A stretch of DNA of 63,124 nucleotides, counting the filler, from Octopus bimaculoides (taxonomy: Eukaryota): assembly GCF_001194135.2 (NCBI RefSeq). It is 6 parts of 6 records of this genome, joined end to end, with 100 filler letters (N's around TTAATTAATTAA, not from the genome) between each part and the next. Parts side by side here need not be neighbours in the genome. Positions count along the whole stretch, not along the records: positions 50,145 to 58,122 come from NC_068981.1; positions 58,223 to 60,932 come from NW_026395543.1; positions 61,033 to 63,124 come from NC_069009.1; 3 more parts are not named here. One strand, written 5' to 3'. The position numbers were made by a program, and so were the translations under genes. The notes under the pieces were generated by a model. That model did not search any database. It had not been told where the DNA came from and worked only from the letters and a program-made list of their open reading frames with translations. This document shows, piece by piece, positions 52,960 to 63,124 of the stretch. How positions within the stretch are numbered: position 1 is the first letter of the stretch; every line of letters begins with the position of its first letter.

Positions 52960-55550
52960 GTAATTATCATTTGGACTTTATTTTCATTCACTCCTTTGAT
53001 ACTAGCTCTCTGGTGACCACTCTTGGTCCTATAATATAAGTTAAAACCTCCACTTTCAACTTCATATTAATTTATGTTCCAAATATCAACTTAAGTATGA
53101 CAGTTATTTTAATATATTCTTCACTATTTTCAAAATCAATTGAAACAAAGGCATTGCATTTCAATATTTGTTGATGATAGGGTTAAATCATCTATCTTTA
53201 CCAGTGTTTTTTAGGTGAACTAGTGGAGAAGTCCTGTTCTCTGTTTCTTTTTCTTCATATTAACAGAGAGGAGAGGCACTCATTTGTTGGGTGGGTTGTA
53301 TTTGGTTTTCTCTGTTTTAACCCCTGGTAGTGGAATAAGTACATTGCAGTGCTTTTACATTCTGAGATAAAATTCTGCTATGGTTAGCTTTGCTTTTTAT
53401 CACTTAGTAGAAGTGAGCTGCGTGGGGTTGGGCTGGTGATATAATAAAAGTACCTGTTATGTATTGGTCATTTTATTTTCTTTATTTTGCTTGTTTCAGT
53501 CATTGGACTGCAATTGTCCCCAGTACCTATTTTTTAAGTCTGGTACTTTTTCTATTTGTCTTCTTTTTTCAAACTGCTAAGTTACCAGAGCATAAACAAA
53601 CCAACACAAGTTGTCAATACACACATGCATGCACAAGCTTTCATACAATTGCTTTTTGCCAAATTCACTCGCAATGCATTGGGCCAATCTGGGCTATAAT
53701 AGAAGACACTTGCACAAGCTTTTACACAGTGGAACTGAACCCCAAACTTCTTAACCACACAGCTATACCTACACCTGTTACTATATACTTTTTACTGATA
53801 GATTTATTACCTTGTACTAAAGCTCTTAAACTTTTATTTTATCATCAACACCACCAGAGTAATGAAGGCAACACAAAGTGTGGTGTGTCAAACTTGCATG
53901 GAGTCAGTTCAACTGTCTATATTCTCTCTCTTAATATTAATCTCAGTTATTAGCAATATTTCACTTAATTAAAGAAGTTATTAATATTGATAATTACTTT
54001 GAATCAAAGCTGTTCATGATACAAATGAAATAAAATCAGAATAAAAACCAAGTTATTGATTTACGTCTTAGGAGCAAACCTCCATTCTGAAATACTGGTT
54101 GCCAACAACTGTTTTGCTGCTAAGTTGTAACTATTTTCCTCTAAGTAGACTGTAATATCACCACCATGATCACCAAATAAGGGAGATGCTCTGTAATTGT
54201 GTTTACTGAATCAAACTTAGTATCAAAATCCTCTTCATCTATTCAGGATCTGTTAAAAAAAAAGATTTAAATGTTTGTTCATTTTAGAAAAATGTTTTCT
54301 TATATACTTCCTTTAAGTTGTAGAAGCTTGTCAAAAGCCAGCTGATATAGCACTCCAGTCCTATAACTTTACACCTCTGCTAATGAAACTGTGATTCAGT
54401 ATGGCTTTGTAGTTATTGATATAAAAATAATATAGACGCTATCTCAAACACCAGATACAAGTATTGATTTATATTGAATAAAACACAGGGTTTATTTTTG
54501 CAGAGGAGTTGCTCTTTATTTTACTAACCCCCAAAGAGATGAAAATCAAAACAGGTCCTGATGAGATTTGAACTTAGAATGGTGTTTGCAACTAAATACT
54601 CCCAATAAAGGACCAAACAAAATATTTTACAAAATTAAGGTACTGGTCCATAGTTGTACCATTTTTATCACTTCACTGCCTTTTATGCTTGCAAATATTT
54701 TTATATACAGAATTTGTACAAGCATTAGGAATTTGTGCTTTTGGAAACATTTATGGAAGTAATAATTGCACTTCATTTACTTTTTATTTTATTTCAACTA
54801 TAGAAATTATACTTTTGCTGGACTAAAGTATAATCTTTATAGTTAAAATAAAAGATTATACTTTTGCTGCCTTTTGGCTGCTTTTTGTTGCTTAACCCCA
54901 GGAAGCTCTATTTAAGTTGACTTGATCAAAGGCATGTTAACCATAGTCATTTCTCTTTTATTCAAACATATGTCTATCACTGCATTATCTGTTGTGTTCT
55001 CTTTTAAGAGAGTAAGCTAGCTATTTTTTTTTTTTTTTTTGACAAGTTGAGAAACCATGTAGGGACTTCTCCATTGGTTTGTCTTTATTACTTATTTGTT
55101 TAATGCTGTAATGTTATTCTAAGTTTCTGTATCAAATTGCGACTTTATTTTTGGTAAAATATTAAAAAAAAAAAAAATGATCATAATACAAAGTTGTCAT
55201 TTTATCCATTCACAAGCAAATACATTAGTGAAAGAGACAACTGTGTTTGTATGGATATCTAATATAAGCAAATATGTTGTTGATAAAGGCTACTAAAGAT
55301 GACCTAGTGTTTGGCAGATAAATGAATTGTAGAAGACATAGGATTGAGATATTTGGAAATTGATTGCATACTTGTTCAGCTGTTACCACCAGAGGATAAT
55401 GAATATAAAGAAAATCCCATTAAAGCTGAAGATGATATTAGCTGGATGGTTGGGGTGGTTGCTGATAGTATTCACCTGTAATTAGGAACATTTATAAAGA
55501 ATAGGTTATATTTCACTGAACACATTGCTTCTCTCTTGCTATAATTCTAG

Positions 55551-55729
55551 GTGTGGTCTCGGCTGCTGAACCCTGTTGGAGCCAATGATGGTCTAAGAAT
55601 TAATTTATTCATGGCTGTACCTACTATTTATGCCAAGCTGATTGAAAACTATGAATCAAATATGCGAAATAACCAGGAAAATATGTACATGGGAAAATAT
55701 GTCAAAAACACCTGTCAGAATCGTATCAG
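55551..55729 (+). CDS. ACSF3: ACSF3-like, next internal exon (179 nt)
   Basis: TTCTAG|GTG TGG...ATC AG|GTAAAA. It encodes VWSRLL...RINLFMAVPTIYAKLIE...RIR and continues in phase from the previous exon. Confidence 0.9.
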
Positions 55730-56096
55730 GTAAAAAAAAAAAAAGAGCCCTAAAAACATTGCACTTCTTACATATATTTTATACTGTATATACACAGTAC
55801 AAGGAAAGATGCCTAATTCTAATACTGATAGCAGCTTACTAAACCTTCATGCATCTCACTCTACTAGCTAGATAATAGAATTTCAGCAAGCCATCCGAAC
55901 TGTCCATAGCTTACAGTTCTACCCTGCAGAATTGTAAGTTTACCAACTGCAATAATGAGCTATTTCTGAAATAATGTAAATTTCCAAATACCAGTTCATA
56001 TTAACATTGAAAATTTAATGAAAGATATTAAAAATTCAAATTGCTGATGATATTTAAAAATTCTGAGACTCATTTTTGTATTTTGTCTCCTTTTAG

Positions 56097-56242
56097 GCTC
56101 ATGGTCAGTGGCTCAGCATCATTACCACAGCCGATCATGGAGCGGTGGGAAGAAATCACTGGACATCGATTGTTGGAACGATATGGCATGAGTGAAATCG
56201 GGATGGCTCTGACTAATCCACTTGATGGGCCCAGAATTCCAG
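56097..56242 (+). CDS. ACSF3: ACSF3-like, next internal exon (146 nt)
   Basis: CTTTTAG|G CTC ATG GTC AGT GGC TCA...CCA G|GTCTGT. It encodes [10 protein letters not shown]...[20 protein letters not shown] (ACSF3-type ERYGMxE motif). Its phase completes the AG codon of the previous exon. Confidence 0.9.
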
Positions 56243-57896
56243 GTCTGTGTTCAAAAAACTGCCAAGCTACTTTATGTACATAATCATCATCATTAGTTTT
56301 AAGGTCTGTTTTCCATACTGGTATGGGTTGGACTGTTTGACAGGATCTGACAGTCACAGGACTGTGTCAAGCTTCAATATCAGCTTTGGGATGATTTCTA
56401 CAGCTGGATGCTCTTCCTAGTGCCAACTACTTCATAGTATGTGCTGGGTGCCCCACCCCATTGCTACTGCTATTGGTGAGGTTACCAGGTTACTTGCAAG
56501 ACTTGAAGGGAACAGGAAAAAGCCCCTTTGAGCAAGGTTGTATTTGAGAGAGGGGAAGCTGGCCTTATCCCAGGTGTTTAGAGGCTGAAATATGGAAGAA
56601 GGCAAGCCCAGTCATCTTGCTATAAAGAAGATATATGTTTACCTCATATTATGCAAGGATGGATGAGAGCAGCTAGAAAGATAAGATAGTGGTGACATGG
56701 TATGTTAGCAAACTTTCAAGGTACAGGAGAAGTATGAGAGGATATGGGCAGTGGATCTAGGAGAGGGGTAATTTCATAAGAGTAAGAGAAGAGAGTAATG
56801 AATGGTTAGCTGAGAGATGAGGGCAGAGGAGAATGTAGTGTGTTATGAACAAAAATGGGAAATATCGGTAGGGAGGTGAGATAGAAATAGAAGTGGATCA
56901 AGAAGTAGAGGAATGGTGTGCAAGGTGATATACATTCACAGAGAGGGGTGAGGACTTTTGATGGCAAACATGAGAGGGTGTGGAGAATGGTAGCTGATAT
57001 GAAAAGTGCTGACATAGAGATATGGCAGCTCAGAGGAGACAGATAACTGAAGTTACAGAAATGAGTTGTTCAATGAAAGATAGTGTGGAAAGGGATGATA
57101 ATGAAGATGAGTAATAATTTATTAGTGAGTTAGCACCGATCCAAATTTGATTACCCACTGGAGCTGTTTTATTTGTGCTGTTGTACTTTGCCAATGCATA
57201 AAATCAACAATTATTATCATTTTTCTTAAGAAATTTTAAACAAAAATCCTTGCACAAATCAACAATTTTATACCAAAAACTCTTCTACAAAGGAACTTTT
57301 CTCTTGAATTTTTTTCTAAATGTAGATTAACATCATGTTAGTTACATCCAGAATTATCCACCTTGGTTAATATACATATCAAATTGAAGCAATGGGGTAA
57401 CTTGGAAACTTAGGCTGTCATGGTAGCCTTGCTGAAGTTTGAAATATTGTCAAGTGGTTACTACTTCTACTTATGGAAACTCCTGGAAAAGACGCCAATC
57501 TGTCCATTGTAGGGTTATCCCCTGAGATGTTGCTGGTTCTTATTCTCAGCTGAGTGGACAGGTAAGAGCAATGTGAAATGGAGTGCCTTGCTCAAGGACA
57601 CAACTTGCCCCTGGTCTGGGAATTAAATTGACAATCTTGAAATCACAAACTAAACATTTGATATATATATATATATATCAGATGTGGCTGTGTGGTAAGA
57701 AGTTAGCTTCTTAACCACATGGTTCTGGGTTCATTCCCTCTACATGACACCTTGGGCAAGTGTCTTCTACTATAGCCTTGGGTCAACTAAAGCCTTGTAA
57801 GTGGACTTCAGACAGAAACTGAAAGAAGCCCATAGTGTATGTATGTGTGTTTGTGTGAATATATACATATATATATATATCATATATATATCATCA

Positions 57897-58122
57897 TCAT
57901 CATCATCATCGTTTAACGTCCGCTTTCCATGCTAGCATGGGTTGGACGATTTGACTGAGGACTGGTGAAACCGGATGGCAACACCAGGCTCCAGTCTGAT
58001 TTGGCAGAGTTTCTACAGCTGGATGCCCTTCCTAACGCCAACCACTCAGAGAGTGTAGTGGGTGCTTTTATGTGTCACCCGCACGAAAACGGCCACGCTC
58101 GAAATGGTGTCTTTTATGTGCC
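57897..58122 (-). mobile_element. Young family-F repeat, inverted relative to 50145-50375
   Basis: Near-identical reverse complement; both copies give the same spurious ORF start (MKPDGNTRLQSDLAEFLQLDALPNANHSESVVGAF). Confidence 0.85.
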
Positions 58123-60018
58123 NNNNNNNNNNNNNNNNNNNNNNNNNNNNNNNNNNNNNNNNNNNNTTAATTAATTAANNNNNNNNNNNNNNNNNNNNNN
58201 NNNNNNNNNNNNNNNNNNNNNNTACGTCATGTGATCATCGCAGAACACTCGCTTTTCATTTTTTTTCAGGAAAGTCTTTTAAATCTTCCTTTGCAGCAGA
58301 TAATTACTGCATTCCTATACATTGATTAAAAGATTTTTTTCACAAGAATGCTGTTGTTGTTATTGTTGTTATCATTACCATCATTGTTGTTGTTGTTGTT
58401 GTTTATGCTCAGGTCAGCCCCTCAAGACGCAGCCAACCGTGACAGCTTCGTCTGTTTGTTTAAGGGTAGCTATGAACGTTTTCTAAACGATTTTTTTACG
58501 TTTCTTTTCCGCTTGTTTTTTTGTTTTTTTTACTTTTTCTTTGTTCTTTTTATTGTTATTATTTATATCAAGATGTCGGGGTGTATGGTTTGAGGGCGGT
58601 GTTTGGCTACTATGTCTTCAACGTTGAACGTCCATGTGGTTATTGTACAAATCATGCCATTTTATGTCACACAATTTTTTTAATGTTTATTTTTCTTGTT
58701 TTTCGTGTTTTTCGTGTTTTTCTTCTTTACGTTCTCGTCCATATTACAGCAATAAACAGAAGCAAACACACACACACACACACACATACACACATACACA
58801 TATTCAAACACTCACACAAACAGACATACACGCGCGCTTGCATAGATACATACACATGTATAAATCGTGGATTACCAATCGGTTTCGACGAAGATCATTC
58901 AAGAATATTCTTCAGACACGACTACATATACATACATACACACAAACAAACTCACACACACATTATATGTATGAATGTGCACATATAGGTTATATGTCTG
59001 TATACATTCATATTCGTCCTCCTATGTACGCAAACATCCACATCCGCGCGTGCACACACACACACATATTGTTATATTTCGGGACGGCCATTTTTGTTTT
59101 TTGCCAAATAAATATACACACTATATTCGTTCTTAACTTCAGCTATATACATTAAAATAGGACCACTAATAAATAAAAGGGTACACATCATAGAACAGAA
59201 CGGATAAGCGGAGCAGGAGCACACACGAGGACGGAAAGTATCGCTGAAGAGGTCACAGATGTGTGACGAATGATTTCTGGACAATGGACATGAGTTGGAA
59301 TGAGAACAGTAATAAACGAGTGAAGAACAAATATATAGTGCGTGTGTTTATTTGGGAAAAAAATGGCCACCTGGAAATACAAAAAATATAATAATATCTG
59401 CTTCAACACACGATTTCACATCAGGAATCTTGCAAAACAAATACATAAACGTGTGTGTTGCACTTGGTATAACACTAGTGTAACAATAATTGGGTACCCT
59501 CCCAGCAGTATATTGGATAGATACTATCTATCCCTTAGTGGGCTGAATCCTCAACCCCTAACTCTCTTGGAGTATATATATATATATATATATATATATA
59601 TNNNNNNNNNNNNNNNNNNNNNNNNNNNNNNNNNNNNNNNNNNNNNNNNNNNNNNNNNNNNNNNNNNNNNNNNNNNNNNNNNNNNNNNNNNNNNNNNNNN
59701 NNNNNNNNNNNNNNNNNNNNNNNNNNNNNNNNNNNNNNNNNNNNNNNNNNNNNNNNNNNNNNNNNNNNNNNNNNNNNNNNNNNNNNNNNNNNNNNNNNNN
59801 NNNNNNNNNNNNNNNNNNNNNNNNNNNNNNNNNNNNNNNNNNNNNNNNNNNNNNNNNNNNNNNNNNNNNNNNNNNNNNNNNNNNNNNNNNNNNNNNNNNN
59901 NAGAAAGTCCGTTAGAGAATCCGTAGAAGTGTAGAAAGCTAGAAAGTTCGTAGAAAGTTCGTAGGTGATGAGAGGAGACAGGATCGCTGACCACTACACA
60001 CATTCTTTTTCTCTCCTT

Positions 60019-60061
60019 GTTTCTTTCTGCGGAAGAGCGTAGGCTCGAAACATTAAAGACA
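60019..60061 (+). ncRNA. Degenerate minimal type I hammerhead-ribozyme-like motif
   Basis: TCTTT-CTGCGGA-A-GAGC-GTAG-GCTC-GAAAC-ATT-AAAGA gives stem I (TCTTT/AAAGA), stem II (GAGC/GCTC), GAAA and a minimal stem III. The core deviates from CUGANGA. Confidence 0.45.
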
Positions 60062-60790
60062 TTTTCACTTCCCCAGCGTTATACTAATACATCTGTTTGT
60101 TTTCTACACCACCTGTCTTCGTCTTTTGTTTTTTTTTTGTGAATTCCCCCTATTAATAATTTATATATGTGGGGGGGGGGNNNNNNNNNNNNNNNNNNNN
60201 NNNNNNNNNNNNNNNNNNNNNNGGGGGGGGGTATCAGGAGTGGCTCTATGGTAAGTAGATTGCTTCCTAATCACATGGTTCCCGGTTCAGTCCCACAGCG
60301 TGTCTTGTACTAGTGTCTTGTACTAGTGTCTTGTACTACAGCCTCGGGTTACTCTGATTACTATACATAAAATGGAAAATATTTAATTAATTTTTTTTTT
60401 ATAGATTAGGTAGGCATAATTCGTCCCTGCTTTTCAATCTCAGTATTATGCGTAGCATAATTCTGCTGTAGTACACGTGCTGCGCACATTCCTACAACAA
60501 CGTTTTCTTTACGCGCTATAAAGGTAGAAGTAAATCTGCCTCTAACACAGTCGCACACCTGCCGACCCTAAGTAATTACTTATAGGCATGTGCCTGATAT
60601 GTGTGTGTGTATGTGTGTGTGTGCGGAGCAAATCGACCCCAAGACTTATTCTTTGTAAGCCTAGTACTTATTCTATCGGTTTCTTGTGCCAAACCGCTAA
60701 GTTATGGGGACATAAACACACCAGCGTTGTCAAGCGATGTTGGTGTTGGGGGGACAAACACAAACACACACACAAACATACATACATACA

Positions 60791-60824
<34 letters not shown>

Positions 60825-61319
60825 CGACGGGCTTCTTTCAGTTTCCGACTACCAAATACACTCACAAGGATTTGGTCCCTCAGAGGCTATAGTAGAAGAC
60901 ACTTAGCCAAGGTGCCACGCAGTGGGACTGAANNNNNNNNNNNNNNNNNNNNNNNNNNNNNNNNNNNNNNNNNNNNTTAATTAATTAANNNNNNNNNNNN
61001 NNNNNNNNNNNNNNNNNNNNNNNNNNNNNNNNGAGTGGATTTGGTAGATGGAAACTGAAAGAAGCCCATCGTATATATGCATATATATATATACACGTAT
61101 ATGTTTGTGTGTCTATGTTTGTCCCCCCACCATCGCTTGACAACCGATGCTGGTGTGTTTACGTCCCCATAACTTAGTGGTTCAGCAAAAGAGACCGATA
61201 GAATAAGTACTAGGCTTACAAAGAATAAGTCCTGGGGTTGATTTGCTTGACTAAAGGCGGTGCTCCAGCATGGCCACAGTCAAATGACTGAAACAAGTAA
61301 AAGAGTAACAATATGATAC

Positions 61320-61725
61320 GTAAGATAGTATAGTCCAAGATACATTATGTCTGAATAAAAGATGGAATGGTCACAACTGGATCATCTTTGATCATAGTTC
61401 TCCTGAATCAAGTCTGACCTGGGGCTAAATGACAAGAACAGCCAGTAATACTATCTATAATATTATACATTAGATACTGTAGTCCTAGGTACACTATGTC
61501 TGAATAAAAGATGGGATGATCACAACTGGAATATTTATGATCATAGGTCTGTCTGGATCAGGACTGACCTGGGGCTAAAAAAACAACAATTATAGCGACA
61601 AATACTAACTACTATATTATACATTAGATGATGTAGTCCTAGGTACACAAGGTCTGAACAAAAGACAGGGTGATCATGAATGGAATATATTTTGAAGCTA
61701 GGTCATCCGGATCACAATAGGGCAA
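61320..61725. repeat. Three diverged tandem copies of a ~150-bp interspersed-repeat fragment
   Basis: TAGTCC(A/T)AG(A/G)TACA...GTCTGAA(T/C)AAAAGA...TGACCTGGGGCTAAA recurs at ~61330, ~61480 and ~61635. Related single fragments lie near 6740-6960, 22850-23050, 31320-31390, 51900-52050 and 54890-55010. Confidence 0.75.
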
Positions 61726-63067
61726 TGGCAAAAGGCTACAACAAGCACCACAAACACAACCATGGCCACCACCACCAACAACAACTACAGATAAACCAAC
61801 GTGACATTTCCTCTGTCAATACATCATAGAAATACAGCGGAAAAACTCCTGTTATTTGCCATTTCATGTTTCCGCTACAATTCCACATCTTCCACTGCTA
61901 TATAAGGTGAATAAATGGTATTTAAATTTCACAGGAATTGTTCTTAAGCTGATTTTGACAAGAACACACAAAAACCATCCATATGGAATTATTACCAGGC
62001 AACAAACCACATACATACTGAAATGTCTTGGGATATCTCAGTACCAAACAGCTTTTGTACAACATTTTTCAAGAAGAAGTACTTTTTATGGCATTTTCAC
62101 CAATATTCCTTCAAATTTTTCATTCTAATTCTTAAATATCTGATGAAAATGGTAAAAAAAAGTTCCAGCATTTTATTTCTTCTTTTTCATTTTCTTTTTT
62201 TATTTTCTTTGCAGTTGCTGATTTCTGATGAGCGAAGAAGGCAGAAGATGAGAAAATAAGGGAAAGCGAATTTTTTTTTTTTACGTTTCCCCAGTTTTGC
62301 ATGAAAATAAGAATATATCTAACAAAGAATAGAATTTCTGAAAAACAGACATCACACATATGTAGATGTGTATATGCAAACACACACACACACACACGCA
62401 CAAACACACACACAAGTATATATTTACAGATGAAAACATGAAATATAGATATCGTTTCATATACATATACATACATGTGAGTGTGTATGAATGTCTATAT
62501 ATTTTCAGAAATATTTATTAATATATTCATATATACACACACAAACACATGCACATATGTATAAGTGAAGTTATAAATATGTGTGTCTCAGTATATATAA
62601 AAATATACAGACATATGTACATACACACAGACATATAACTGACCATACATACATACACACACACACATTTATATACGTATATATATATGTATGTGTGCAT
62701 ATATGTATGTATATATGTGTTTGTGTGTATATATGTATGTGTGTGTGTGTGTATATATAGAGATATATATGTACATATATACACATGTCTACATATACGT
62801 TATATACATGTGTGTATGTATGTGTGTGTACATATATGTGGATATATAATGACACATGTATACACAAGAATTTTAATATATGTATGTACTGTAAAACAAA
62901 ATCATACAATAAAAGAAAACAACAAACCAAAAAAGACATCAAAAACAACCCCAAACATCCGCAAAAAAATTAAGAATGCAATATAGAAAATCAATTAATC
63001 TCCAATTCAAATGCTTATATGTTTATAAGGCAATGTTAATACACACATATATATGGGTGTGTATATA

Positions 63068-63124
<57 letters not shown>

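Noticed and set aside
60630-61310. Head-to-head family-B SINEs across a join as a duplicated assembly of one locus
   Set aside because: The two copies differ at many positions, so they are separate insertions that caused the contig breaks.

Overview
AT-rich, microsatellite-dense animal genomic DNA with many N gaps. The SINE families, the single-exon six-repeat protocadherin and the repeat landscape point to a coleoid cephalopod, probably Octopus (inference). Two protein-coding loci are supported. One is a minus-strand protocadherin whose signal peptide, six cadherin repeats, transmembrane helix and proximal tail lie in one 2.4-kb exon (45642->43188). The other is three in-phase plus-strand internal exons of an ACSF3-like malonyl-CoA synthetase (52768-56242); I could not find its first or last exons. 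The rest is mostly transposon debris: L1/Tx1, CR1-like, Penelope-like, Tc1 and mariner elements, several tRNA-derived SINE families and several MITEs. The most unusual observations are: (1) a ~700-bp insertion with a 12-bp target-site duplication, made of two inverted, circularly permuted, longer-than-unit copies of a ~285-290-bp tRNA-promoter-bearing unit in an ACSF3-side intron; (2) a degenerate minimal hammerhead-ribozyme-like motif at ~60020-60060; (3) sharp CpG-rich/CpG-poor domains with two divergent GTAAGT donors, suggesting a head-to-head protocadherin/ACSF3 promoter; (4) loss of Ca2+-binding motifs at the protocadherin EC3-EC4 junction. Several features are assembly artefacts: five 44N-TTAATTAATTAA-44N joins, an Illumina adapter remnant, and probably the fold-back palindromes next to gaps. 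Gene order across those joins is therefore provisional. I found no clearly new multi-gene system.
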